A DNA stretch of 64,000 nt from an uncultured Thermoplasmatales archaeon (GTDB lineage: Archaea > Thermoplasmatota > SW-10-69-26 > JACQPN01 > CAZDGP01): the NCBI GenBank assembly GCA_964505085.1, contig CAZDGP010000002.1, positions 32,421-96,420 of the forward strand, written 5' to 3'. The translations under genes were made by a program, and so were the position numbers. Positions 1-9,089 of the stretch are shown one piece after another (within the stretch, counting starts at the first letter, position 1; every line of letters begins with the position of its first letter). The notes under the pieces are model-generated. The model was not told where the DNA came from and searched no databases. It was given only the letters and a program-made list of their open reading frames with translations.

Positions 1-924
1 CGTGGTGGCCGGCGGACCCCAGAAGAGCTGGGCCTCCCGCCCGCTCATCTCGTACCCGAAGCTCACGGCGCCGGTGCGCTCGTAGGCGGTGTCCACGCTG
101 GAGCCGCTGGCGGGGTAGATGGTGCTCCAGATGGGGCCGCAGTCCTCCACCACGGTGGGGAAGCCCTCGCGGCACACGCGCTCGTACATGGGGCCGTCGT
201 CCGGGTGGGGGTCCACACCCTCGATCCCGTAGGGGTAGAGCCAGAGGTTCCCGCAGCAGTGGATGCTCGCCATGTAATCGGGTTGGAGGCGGTCCCACTG
301 CTCGATGACGGCCCGGGTCTCGGGCTCGCTTGCGGGGTACGGGCCCGGGTTGTTGAAGACGGGGCTCTCCGCGAGGTCGCCCCACCCCACGGGGTAGTTG
401 CGGTTGATGTTCACGAGGTTCCCGTTGAGGCGCCCGATGCCGTTGAGGCTCCCCTCGGGGTTCAGGAGCGGCATGATGAAGGTGTGGCGCTCCTCCACGA
501 TCCACGTGGCGGTGTCGTTCACGCCGTACCCCTCCGCGAGCCATCGCAGCAGGTGCATGACGAACATGACGCCGCTGTACTCGTTGGCGTGGGTGCCGCC
601 GTCCACCCACAGGACCTCACGCTCCTCCAGGGGCGTGCGGTTGGCGTCCTCGAGGTTCGCCACCTCCACGTACCACAGCTCCAGGCCGCGGTCCGTGGTG
701 CCGGCGCTGTGGAGGCGCAGGATATCGGGGTGGTCGTGGGCGAGACGTTCGAGCTCCGCCGTGAGCACGGGGTACGTGGGGTAGACGGTGGCGGGTCCGG
801 CCTCGCTGCTTACAGGGGGTGGAGGTTGGGCCGCCGCTCCCGGCAGGAGACCGGCCACGGGCAGGATGAGGAGGAGCCCCGCCAGGGCCGCGAGGCCCCG
901 CGAGGGGGTGGAGGAAGCACGCAT
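1..924 (-). CDS. Secreted M14 zinc carboxypeptidase; runs off the left edge; paralog of 4025-5464
   Basis: Translated by hand from ATG at 924: MRASSTPSRGLAALAGLLLILPVAG signal peptide, then GTHANE, NINRNY, PASEPET, SIHCCG motifs. It is missing from the ORF track because its stop lies outside the window. Confidence 0.85.
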   Translation of the reverse strand, partial: MRASSTPSRGLAALAGLLLILPVAGLLPGAAAQPPPPVSSEAGPATVYPTYPVLTAELERLAHDHPDILRLHSAGTTDRGLELWYVEVANLEDANRTPLEEREVLWVDGGTHANEYSGVMFVMHLLRWLAEGYGVNDTATWIVEERHTFIMPLLNPEGSLNGIGRLNGNLVNINRNYPVGWGDLAESPVFNNPGPYPASEPETRAVIEQWDRLQPDYMASIHCCGNLWLYPYGIEGVDPHPDDGPMYERVCREGFPTVVEDCGPIWSTIYPASGSSVDTAYERTGAVSFGYEMSGREAQLFWGPPATT

Positions 925-941
925 GGACGGGACTTCCACGG

Positions 942-962
942 AGGGCTCATAAGGTTTCTTGT
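942..962 (-). promoter_or_regulatory. BRE/TATA-like promoter ACAAGAAACCTTATGA of the carboxypeptidase gene
   Basis: A nearly identical sequence lies upstream of the paralog (5484-5503), at a distance from ATG consistent with an almost leaderless transcript. Confidence 0.65.
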
Positions 963-1000
963 GCCCGGCGTGCCCACCGCCGGGCGAGGCCGCACCCGGC

Positions 1001-1020
1001 ACCTATAGTTGCCTATAGGT
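1001..1020. repeat. Phased CCTATAG palindrome ACCTATAG-TTGC-CTATAGGT
   Basis: Two CCTATAG units 10 bp apart; the same motif recurs at 45747 and 63074. Confidence 0.75.
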
Positions 1021-1090
1021 CGGGGGTGGAGGGGAGGAAAAGGGGGCCCGGGTGCCGCGTCGCCGCGGCAACCCGGTGGCGCCGGCGCCC

Positions 1091-1660
1091 TCAGGACCCC
1101 AGGCTCACCGTCACGGGCACGGGGTTGCGGAGCACGTCCACCACGGGGGAGGTCTCCTGCACGTACTCGCAGAGCTCCACGAGGTCCTCCCGGGGTGCGT
1201 CGGCCTCCACGCTGTAGTTCACGCGGATACCCTCGTACCCGGGGCGCTTCGTCTCCGAGAGGCCGAGGAACGCGTGGAGGTCGAGGTCACCCTCGATCTC
1301 GAAGTCCAGCGACTCCACCTCGATGCCCTTGGCGGCGGCGTTGTACACGAAGCCCACGGCCAGGCACGAGGCCAGAGCGTGGAGCACGGTCTCCACGGCG
1401 TTGGGGCCGGCGTTCTCCCCCAGGAGCACCGGGGGCTCGTCGCCCACGAGGACGAAGGGCTCCTCCCGGCTGATGTCCTCGCCACCGGCGCCGTAGAACC
1501 CCTGGATCTCCGTCTCGGTCCGGCCTCCACCCTGCCACGTGCTGGTGGCGCGGAACTGGAAGCGGGCCAGGTCCGGGTCGCCCTGGATGGCTTCGATGGT
1601 CTTCGTCAGCTTGCTCACGTCTACTCCGTTCACGTTCGTCGCGGTGTCGGTCTGGGTCAT
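1091..1660 (-). CDS. OsmC/Ohr-family protein
   Basis: DEPPVLLG...GPNAVE...ALASC and SPV motifs; GDLDL. Confidence 0.85.
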   Translation of the reverse strand: MTQTDTATNVNGVDVSKLTKTIEAIQGDPDLARFQFRATSTWQGGGRTETEIQGFYGAGGEDISREEPFVLVGDEPPVLLGENAGPNAVETVLHALASCLAVGFVYNAAAKGIEVESLDFEIEGDLDLHAFLGLSETKRPGYEGIRVNYSVEADAPREDLVELCEYVQETSPVVDVLRNPVPVTVSLGS

Positions 1661-1742
1661 GGCGGTTCTCTCCTTGGTGTCGTTGGGTTGAGGCGTATGC
1701 AGGGATGGAGGGGTCTCGACCCCTCCGGGGCGGTTGCGGAGC

Positions 1743-2543
1743 TCACGCGTCCTTCCGGGCGGTCACCACCAGGGCTTCGGCCTCGTAGTGCGCGGCGGTC
1801 TCCCGGGCGTCCTCCCGCGGTGCGGCCGAGAAGTAGTCCAGCCGGTGCTGGACCTCCACGTCCTGGAACCCGGCGGCGCGGATGGCGTCGAGGTAGTCCT
1901 CCTGGAGGATGGCACCGGCGATGCAAGCGGCCCACAGCTCCCCGTCGCACCGGGCGGCGTCGGGGATCGCCTTGTTCACCACGATGTCCGCGAGCTGGAG
2001 GCGCCCGCCGGGAGCGAGGACGCGGTGGACCTCCTGGAAGGCCGCCTCCTTGTCCGGCACGAGGTTCACGACGCCGTTGCTGGTGACGACGTCCACGGAC
2101 GCGTCCGGGAGGGGGATGCGCTCGCCGGCGTCCCCGTGGAGCACCATGGCGTTGTGGGCGTCCACGGCGCGGATGTTCGCCAGGGCCCGGCTCAGCATGG
2201 CGGTGGTCATGTCGAGGCCCAGGGCGAGGCCGCTCTCCCCCACGCGGTCCGCGGCGATGAGGAGGTCGGTGCCGCTTCCGGAGCCTACGTCGAGGACGGT
2301 GTCGCCGGGTTGGATGGCCTCCGCGAGGAAGGGGTAGCCCACGCCGGCGAAGCTCCGGAGCGCCTCGTGGGGCAGGGGGTCCAGGTCGCTGGCGGGGTAG
2401 CCCACGAACTCCGCGGCCTTCCGGCCCACGGGGAAGTGGAGGTCCCCGCTGGGGTCGTCGGCCACGGTCGTGTACATGTCGGTGACGTTCTCGCGGAGGT
2501 CCGCGGGATCCGGCGCTTCGTCCACGGTCTTCGTTGGTGCCAT
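1743..2543 (-). CDS. Class I SAM methyltransferase, ArsM-like
   Basis: FAGVG, VLDVGSGSGTD, GLDMT, SNGVVNLVPDK, LWAACIAGA. Confidence 0.85.
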   Translation of the reverse strand: MAPTKTVDEAPDPADLRENVTDMYTTVADDPSGDLHFPVGRKAAEFVGYPASDLDPLPHEALRSFAGVGYPFLAEAIQPGDTVLDVGSGSGTDLLIAADRVGESGLALGLDMTTAMLSRALANIRAVDAHNAMVLHGDAGERIPLPDASVDVVTSNGVVNLVPDKEAAFQEVHRVLAPGGRLQLADIVVNKAIPDAARCDGELWAACIAGAILQEDYLDAIRAAGFQDVEVQHRLDYFSAAPREDARETAAHYEAEALVVTARKDA

Positions 2544-2606
2544 GGGTCCCCATTAGGTGCGAGGGACCATGAGGGTGTCAAGTTCGGAAAGCCCAAGTGA
2601 GAAATC

Positions 2607-2713
2607 CTTGAAGCACGCGGAGGTGGAAACCCCCCGGGGTGGAAAACCTCAACCCCGCGGTCCTGGACGGGTCCGTGAAGAACACTTGAAGGCTTCGGTC
2701 GTGGAAACCCCCG
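2607..2713 (-). promoter_or_regulatory. Duplicated module GGGGGTTTCCAC-N9-CTTCAAG (read on minus strand) plus a third GGTTTTCCAC box
   Basis: On the plus strand cttgaag occurs at 2607 and 2685, each followed 16 bp later by gtggaaaccc (2623, 2701); an extra gtggaaaacc is at 2639. Confidence 0.55.
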
Positions 2714-2715
2714 CG

Positions 2716-3531
2716 TCAGGGGGCGCGGGCGGTGAGCACCCAGGCGAAGGCGCCAAGGTCCTCGGCGATCTCCCGGGTGGTTTCGGAGGGGCTGGTGGCG
2801 AAGTAGTCCCGGCGCCCGTGCACCGTGATATCCTCGAAGCCCACGTCCTCCAGCGCCTCCCGGTAGGCTTCCTCCGTGAAGGCGCCCGCGAGGCACTCCG
2901 CCCAGAGGCTCGCGTCGGCGCGGCACGCGGCACTGGGCGGCACCTCCAGCACGATGTCGGCGAGCGTCAGGCGCGCGCCGGGCGCCATGAGGTCCACCAG
3001 GCGCTCCAGGGTCGCCTCCTTCTCCGGCACGAGGTTGAGGACGCCGTTGCTCGTCACCACGTCGTAGGGTGGCCCGGGCGGGTCCAGGTCGGGGGCGCGG
3101 GCTTCCACGACCTCCACGTTCCCCAGGTTCGCCTCGTCGGCGGCGCTTCGGGCCACGCGGACCATGGCCTCGGTGGCGTCCATCCCCACCGCCATCCCGT
3201 CGTCCCCCACGGCGCGGGCGGCGATGAGCAGGTCGGTGCCGGCGCCGCACCCGAGGTCGAGCACATGCTCTCCCGGTTCGAGATGTACCTGTTGGAGGGG
3301 GTTGCCCACACCGGCGAAGCGCTCCAGCGCCGCATCCGGGAGCCACGCGATCTCCTCCTCCAGGTACCCTGCGTTCCGGGCGGCCTCCGGGCCTGTGGGG
3401 AAGTGGAACCCCGCGTCGGGGTCCTCTGCCACCTCGTTGTAGAGCTCCTGCACGGCGCGGCCGATCTCCTCACCGATGAGGTTGAGGATGCGGAGCCGGT
3501 CCAACGCCTTGGGCGTGGGACGCGTCATCAC
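2716..3531 (-). CDS. Class I SAM methyltransferase, ArsM-like (tandem paralog)
   Basis: FAGVGNP, VLDLGCGAGTD, SNGVLNLVPEK, LWAECLAGA. Confidence 0.85.
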   Translation of the reverse strand: MMTRPTPKALDRLRILNLIGEEIGRAVQELYNEVAEDPDAGFHFPTGPEAARNAGYLEEEIAWLPDAALERFAGVGNPLQQVHLEPGEHVLDLGCGAGTDLLIAARAVGDDGMAVGMDATEAMVRVARSAADEANLGNVEVVEARAPDLDPPGPPYDVVTSNGVLNLVPEKEATLERLVDLMAPGARLTLADIVLEVPPSAACRADASLWAECLAGAFTEEAYREALEDVGFEDITVHGRRDYFATSPSETTREIAEDLGAFAWVLTARAP

Positions 3532-3580
3532 CTCAACATCCCCATCGAGAACTTATATAGCTTCTTGTAGATGGGAACGT

Positions 3581-3994
3581 ATGAGCCGTGTAGGTCGTCC
3601 CCGGAGCGTGGAGCGGCCACCCTGCCCCGAGTGCGAGCGGGAGGACCGCGTGGTGGCCCACGGTCTCCGCACCGTGGACGGGGAGCCCCGGCGGAGGTTC
3701 CGGTGCGAGCGCTGCGGCAAGGGGTTCGTGCCCGGTGCCGAGGACAGACGGCCCGACGATGCGGTGCGGGCGGCGGTGCGCAGGGTTCGGGGGGAGACCG
3801 ACGCCAGCTACCGGCTCCTCGCCGACGCTCTCACGAACCACCTGGGCATCGACGTGAGCCACACCACCGTGGGGACGTGGTGCCGCGCGGAGGCGGATGA
3901 CGACGCGGTGGAGGGGGTGCCCTGTGAGTACCTCAGCCTCCTGTGGGCGCTCCGCCAGGAGATCGAGACGGACCTCCCCGGCGACGGATCGTAA
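3581..3994 (+). CDS. Zn-ribbon plus HTH protein resembling a transposase N-terminus (IS1 InsA-like), with no DDE domain
   Basis: CPEC...VVAHG...RRRFRCERCGKGF and SYRLLADALTNHLGIDVSHTTVGTW HTH; ATG at 3581 follows a TTATAT box at about 3553. Confidence 0.7.
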   Translation: MSRVGRPRSVERPPCPECEREDRVVAHGLRTVDGEPRRRFRCERCGKGFVPGAEDRRPDDAVRAAVRRVRGETDASYRLLADALTNHLGIDVSHTTVGTWCRAEADDDAVEGVPCEYLSLLWALRQEIETDLPGDGS

Positions 3995-4024
3995 CCTCCC
4001 CGCGCCGCCATGGGGCCGGGTCCG

Positions 4025-5464
4025 CTACGTGCGACCCCGCCGGTGCCGGAGGACGAGCCCCGCCGCCACGAGCGCCACCAGGGACAGGGCCGGGGGCACG
4101 GGCACCTCGGCACCCGTGGCGCCGGCGGCGCTCGCGCCGCCGGTGGCCTGGAGGTCCACCCCGTCCTCCACGGTGCCGTTCTCGAGGCTCGCTTCACCCT
4201 CGGTGGGCAGGGTGAGGACGTACCGGTGGAGGCCGCGCTTGTCGTCCAGGGGCCGCTTCTTGTAGGAGATCGTGACCTGGTGCTCGCCCTCGCTCAGGGG
4301 CTCGGGCAGGAGCACGCTCGTGGCGTTGCCGGCGGCCACGCCGGGCACGGTGACGGTGCGCTCCTCACCGCGGTCGTCCACCACGGTGACGGTGGCGTCG
4401 GTGAGGTTGCCCCAGCCCACGTTCTCCAGGTCCAGCACCAGACCCTCGTCCTCCCCGTGGACGTCCACAGCCTGGAGGTTCGCACCGTAGAGGTGCACGT
4501 TCAGGAACGCGTGCTGGAGGGCACGCCAGGACTCCCGCTCCATCTCCTCGATCTGCTCCGTGTACGCTGGCGGCCCCCAGGGGAAGCCCTTGCTGTTGCG
4601 GCCGCTCATCTCGAAGCTCCAGCTGTTGGCGCCCGTGAGCTCGTACCCGCTGTCGCTCGTGATGCCGCTGGCGGGGTAGATGGTGCTCCAGGTCTCGCCG
4701 CAGTCCTCCCGCACATCGTGCAGGACCTCGTCGCAGATGCTCTCGTACACCTGCCGGTCGTCGGGGTGGGCGTGGCGGCCCTCGATGCCGTAGGGGTAGA
4801 GCCAGAGGTTGCCGCAGCAGTGGATGCTGAGGACGTAGTCGGGGTCCACCTCCTCCCACACGCCCATGACCGCCCGGGTCTCGGGCTCGCTGGCGGGGTA
4901 GGGTCCGGGGTTGTTCACCACGGGGGTCTCGTCCACGTCGTACCATCCCACGGGGAAGTTCCGGTTGATGTTCACGCCCTTGTCGTTGAGGCGGCCCACC
5001 CCGTTCATGCTCCCCTCGGGGTTCACCAGGGGCAGCACCACGGTGTGGCGGTTCTCCACGATCCATGTGGCGGTGTCGTTCTCCCCGTACCCCTCCACGA
5101 GCTCCCGGAGCGCGTGCATGGTGAAGATGACGCCGATGTACTCGTTGGCGTGGGTGCCCCCGTCGATGTAGAGGACCTCCCGCTCGTCCAGGGGCTTCCG
5201 GTCCTCGTCCTCGAAGTTCGCCACCTCCACCCACCACAGGTCGAAGCCGGCGCTGGACTGCCCCGCGCTGTGGAGCCGTAGGATGTCCTTGTGCTCGGTG
5301 GCCATACCCCGGAGCTCCGCCGTGAGCACGGGGTACGTGGGGTAGGCCTTCGCGGGTCCGGCGGTGCTGCTCACGGGAGGGCTCTGGGCTGCCGCTCCCG
5401 GGATGATGGAGGCGCCCGGGAGCACGAGCGTGAGCGCGAGGATGAGGGGAAGCGCGCGCTTCAT
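4025..5464 (-). CDS. M14 zinc carboxypeptidase with C-terminal beta domain and archaeal sorting/anchor tail
   Basis: Signal peptide; GTHANE, NINRNF, SEPET, SIHCCG; C-terminal VPVPP motif, transmembrane segment and RHRRGR tail. Confidence 0.88.
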   Translation of the reverse strand: MKRALPLILALTLVLPGASIIPGAAAQSPPVSSTAGPAKAYPTYPVLTAELRGMATEHKDILRLHSAGQSSAGFDLWWVEVANFEDEDRKPLDEREVLYIDGGTHANEYIGVIFTMHALRELVEGYGENDTATWIVENRHTVVLPLVNPEGSMNGVGRLNDKGVNINRNFPVGWYDVDETPVVNNPGPYPASEPETRAVMGVWEEVDPDYVLSIHCCGNLWLYPYGIEGRHAHPDDRQVYESICDEVLHDVREDCGETWSTIYPASGITSDSGYELTGANSWSFEMSGRNSKGFPWGPPAYTEQIEEMERESWRALQHAFLNVHLYGANLQAVDVHGEDEGLVLDLENVGWGNLTDATVTVVDDRGEERTVTVPGVAAGNATSVLLPEPLSEGEHQVTISYKKRPLDDKRGLHRYVLTLPTEGEASLENGTVEDGVDLQATGGASAAGATGAEVPVPPALSLVALVAAGLVLRHRRGRT

Positions 5465-5550
5465 GGAGCCCCCAGCTTGAGGAGGGCTTCATAAGGTTTC
5501 TTGTAGCACGGCTCCCCGCCCCACGAGCCCCCCGGAGGGTCACGTCGTGG

Positions 5551-7188
5551 TCATGGTGCCGCGGGCAACGTGAACCGGAACGTGGTCCCCTCCCCGCCGG
5601 GAGCGGTCTCGATGCTGACCTCCCCGCCGTAGCTCTCCACGATGCGCTTCACGATGGCGAGGCCGATGCCGGTGCCGTCGGCACCGGACTTGGGGTGGAG
5701 GCGCTGGAAGATGTCGAAGACACGGTCCCTGTGGCGCTCCGGGATGCCCATGCCGTTGTCGGTGATGCGGAAGGCCACCATCCCGTCCTCCTCCCGGGCG
5801 TCCACCTCCACCTCCGGGGGGACGTCGGGGCGGTGGAACTTCAACGCGTTGGAGAGGAGGTTCGTGAGGACCTGCGCCAGGTGCGTGGGGTCCACCTCCA
5901 CCACCGGGAGAGCCTCCTCCACGTGGACGGTGCCGCCGGTGGACTCGATGGTCCCGTCCAGGTCCGCGAGCACCGACGCCAGCACCTGCTCTGGGTCCAC
6001 GAGGCGCGCGTGCCCGTCACCGCTTTGCAACTGCGCGTAGGAGAGCAGGTCCTTCACGATGGCGTCCATGCGCTCGACCCCGTCCCGGGCGAACTCGATG
6101 TACTCCCGCGCCTCCTCCGGGAGGTCCTCGCCGTATCGGCGCTCCAGGAGCTGGACGTAGCTCCCCACGGTGCGCAGGGGGCTGCGGAGGTCGTGGCTCG
6201 CCACGAGGGCGTACCGCTCCAGCTCCTGGTTCGAGACCTCGAGCTCCCGGAGCACCCGGGCGCGTTGCGTAACGTCCGTGGAGACACCCACCACGCGCTC
6301 CACCTCACCGTCGGGACCGAAGACCGGTTGGTACCACGTGTCCAGCACCACGTCCCCCAGGTCGAGCTCCACCCGCAGCTGCTCCCCCTCGAGGGCTGCG
6401 TCCAGAGCGTCGAGAACCTCCGGGAAGTCCGCGTACATCTCGAAGGCGTCGTTCCCCACGGCCTCGTGGGGTTCCAACCCCAACGCCGAGAGGCCGCGTC
6501 CATCGCTGAAGGTGATGGTCCCGCCGGGGTCCAGGGCGAAGAGGATGATGGGCGCGCCCTCCACCACCGTGCGGAGGTGCGCCTGGCTTCGCTCCAGCTC
6601 CTCCTTGGCTTCCCGGGTCTCCTCCATGAGAGCCCGCATGCGCTCCCGACCCCGGGACTGTGCCAGGGTCTCCTCCGCCAGGAGACCCCCCAGCGCCCCC
6701 ACGAAGACGATGTAGAGGCTCTGCAGCGCCCACTCGCCGAGGTTCGCGGTGAGCTCGCCGGCGAAGGCGAGCATGGCGCCGTAGGCCAAACCGTACCCGA
6801 CGCTCACCACGAGGGTCTCCCGGAGGTCGTAGCGGAAGGCGATGGCGGCGATGCTCACGTACCACAGCATGAAGAAGGGGCTCGAGAAGACCCCGGTGGC
6901 GAGGATCCAGAACGTGATGAGGCCCGCGTCCGAGATGGAGGTGAAGTAGCTCGTGAGGACCACGGGGAAGTGCCGGTAGGGCTCGAAGAGGATGGTGCCG
7001 GCGGAGTAGGCCCCCGCGACGCCGATGATGGTGTAGGCGAGCCAGGGGATGGTGCCCGACTTCTCCATGAGGAGGAGGTAGAAGAGGCTGTTCACCGCCA
7101 CCACCGCGAAGCGCACGATGGCTACGTTGCGCTCCGCCGCGTAGACCTTCTCGGCGACGGCCTGGTCATCGAAGGAGGGCGGAGCCAT
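5551..7188 (-). CDS. Membrane PAS sensor histidine kinase
   Basis: About 6 TM segments, PAS domain, SHDLRSPL H-box, NLLSNALKF, DNGMGI, GTGIGL. Confidence 0.9.
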   Translation of the reverse strand: MAPPSFDDQAVAEKVYAAERNVAIVRFAVVAVNSLFYLLLMEKSGTIPWLAYTIIGVAGAYSAGTILFEPYRHFPVVLTSYFTSISDAGLITFWILATGVFSSPFFMLWYVSIAAIAFRYDLRETLVVSVGYGLAYGAMLAFAGELTANLGEWALQSLYIVFVGALGGLLAEETLAQSRGRERMRALMEETREAKEELERSQAHLRTVVEGAPIILFALDPGGTITFSDGRGLSALGLEPHEAVGNDAFEMYADFPEVLDALDAALEGEQLRVELDLGDVVLDTWYQPVFGPDGEVERVVGVSTDVTQRARVLRELEVSNQELERYALVASHDLRSPLRTVGSYVQLLERRYGEDLPEEAREYIEFARDGVERMDAIVKDLLSYAQLQSGDGHARLVDPEQVLASVLADLDGTIESTGGTVHVEEALPVVEVDPTHLAQVLTNLLSNALKFHRPDVPPEVEVDAREEDGMVAFRITDNGMGIPERHRDRVFDIFQRLHPKSGADGTGIGLAIVKRIVESYGGEVSIETAPGGEGTTFRFTLPAAP

Positions 7189-7257
7189 GGTGATCGACTA
7201 CCGGTCTGGTGGGTGTCCCGGGGAGCAGGAGGAGGGTCCCGGGCCGGCTCCGCGTCG

Positions 7258-8388
7258 TTAGGAGGCGGCGGGGAGCTCCACCGTGAACGTGGTGCCGTCG
7301 GAGCCCGTCTCGAACGTGATGGTACCTTCGTGGGACTCCACGATGCGCCGTGCGATGCTGAGGCCCAAGCCGTCGTTCCCCTCCTGGGTGCTGAAGAAGG
7401 GATCGAAGATCCGGTCCTGGACGTCGGAGGGGATGCCGGGTCCGGAGTCCCGCACGCGGAGCACCGCGCTCCCGTCCTCGGTGTCGGTCTCGAGCACCAC
7501 GCTGCCCTCGCGGCTGCCCACGGCCTCCGTGGCGTTGGTGAGGAGGGCCAGGACCACCTGCTGGACCTGGGGCGTGTTCACGAGCACCGCGGGCGTGGGG
7601 TGGAGGTCCGTCTTCACCTTCACGCCCCGGTCGTCCGCAGGTGCGAAGAGGTCAAGTGCCTCCTCCGCCACCTCCTGCAGATCGCGTTCCTCCCGGTCCT
7701 CGGGGCCGGTGCGGTAGAAGCGCCGGAGGTCCCGGAGGTGCCGGTTGATGCGGTCCACGGCCTCCATGGAGCCCACGGTGGCCTCGTTCACCTGCTCCAT
7801 GAGGTTGGGGAGGTCCGCGTCACCTTCGTCGGCTGCCGCGTTCACGCGGCGTCGGATCTCGAAGAGGTTGTTGCTGATGGTCTCGGTGAAGCTGTTGATC
7901 TCGTTGGCCACGTCGCTCACGAGGGCGCCCATGGTGCTGAGCTTCTCCGTCATGCTGAGCTTCCTGCGGAGCTCCTCCATCTCCCGGGTCGCCTGGTGGC
8001 GCTCCATGGCGTAGCGCATGACGCGGGCCAGGAGGTTCCCCGTGTACTCGCCCTTCACCACGTAGTCCTGGGCGCCCTCCTTCAGGGTGTCCAGCGCCAT
8101 CCGCTCGTCCTCCAGCCCCGTGAGCACCACGATGGGGATGCGGGTCGCGGCGTTCCGCATGCGACGCACGGTGTCGAGGCCGGAGCTGTCGGGGAGGCTC
8201 AGGTCCAGGAGGGCCACGTCGAACTCCCGTTCCGCCACCGCCTGCAGCCCGTCCGCGAGGTTGTCCTCGTGCACCAGGTCGATGCGGAGGTTCTGCACGT
8301 CCTTCAGCTCCTCCTCGATGAGGCGGGCGTCGCCGGGGTTGTCCTCGATCAGGAGCACGTCCATCTCGTCGGTGGTCACGATGTTCAC
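7258..8388 (-). CDS. Hybrid receiver-histidine kinase with a degenerate H-box
   Basis: REC domain (LLIED, LLDL, GAQDYVVK); VANEINS in place of VAHEINN; DSGPGI, GLGL. Confidence 0.85.
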   Translation of the reverse strand: MNIVTTDEMDVLLIEDNPGDARLIEEELKDVQNLRIDLVHEDNLADGLQAVAEREFDVALLDLSLPDSSGLDTVRRMRNAATRIPIVVLTGLEDERMALDTLKEGAQDYVVKGEYTGNLLARVMRYAMERHQATREMEELRRKLSMTEKLSTMGALVSDVANEINSFTETISNNLFEIRRRVNAAADEGDADLPNLMEQVNEATVGSMEAVDRINRHLRDLRRFYRTGPEDREERDLQEVAEEALDLFAPADDRGVKVKTDLHPTPAVLVNTPQVQQVVLALLTNATEAVGSREGSVVLETDTEDGSAVLRVRDSGPGIPSDVQDRIFDPFFSTQEGNDGLGLSIARRIVESHEGTITFETGSDGTTFTVELPAAS

Positions 8389-8393
8389 GTCCT

Positions 8394-8849
8394 TCAGTTG
8401 GGGGGGAGATTCACCTTCTCGAGCCAGAAGCCCTCGATGTACCGGACGAGGTCCATGAACTGGTCGAGGTCGACGGGTTTGGTGATGTAGCAGTTCGCGT
8501 GCAGGTCGTACGCGTTCACGATGTCGGACTCGGCTTCGCTGGTGGTGAGCACCACCACGGGGATGCGGCGGAGGTCGGGGTCGGCCTTCATCTCCGCCAG
8601 GACCTCCCGCCCGTCCTTCTTGGGCAGGTTGAGGTCCAGGAGCACGAGGTCGGGGTGTGGGGCGTCGGTGTACCCGTCGCCCTGCTCGAGGAAGGCCATG
8701 GCCTCCTCGCCGTCGGCGGCCACGTGGAGGTCCAGCGGGAGCTTCCCCTCCGCTAGCGCCTCCTTGGTCAGCCGCACATCACCCGGGTTGTCCTCCACGA
8801 GGAGGATGCATTTCGGTTCCCCTTGTCCCTTCAAGTTGTTCGACCCCAT
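8394..8849 (-). CDS. Single-domain response regulator (Rcp1-like)
   Basis: [34 protein letters not shown]. Confidence 0.92.
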   Translation of the reverse strand: MGSNNLKGQGEPKCILLVEDNPGDVRLTKEALAEGKLPLDLHVAADGEEAMAFLEQGDGYTDAPHPDLVLLDLNLPKKDGREVLAEMKADPDLRRIPVVVLTTSEAESDIVNAYDLHANCYITKPVDLDQFMDLVRYIEGFWLEKVNLPPN

Positions 8850-9089
8850 GGTGCCGTTCGTCTGCGCAGGTGCTTCGCCCCGTGCACGAGCAGGTGCCCG
8901 GGTGCACCCGACCCAGCCCGAAGCCGCTTCGGCACTTGTGCTTCCGCCTATTTAGGGCTTCCCTCATGGACCCTTGCCCATGCGGACCTTCAACACCCCT
9001 AGGGGAGAGTCCCTGGGTTTCAAGTAGGGGAAGCGACCGTTTTCCGGTACGTCCGCGGGGGTGTCGGAGCGCTCCCGGGAGGTTGGTCC

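Noticed and set aside
1743..3531. Possible selenoprotein methyltransferases with a SECIS in 2544-2715
   Set aside because: No in-frame TGA at conserved Cys positions; both genes end at equivalent positions.
3476..3994. Intact insertion sequence
   Set aside because: No DDE catalytic domain, terminal inverted repeats or target duplication seen.
5695..8490. Long antisense ORFs (931 aa here; also 12913-15309, 46771-49041, 54147-56705 and others)
   Set aside because: Shadow ORFs opposite motif-bearing genes, expected at this GC content.
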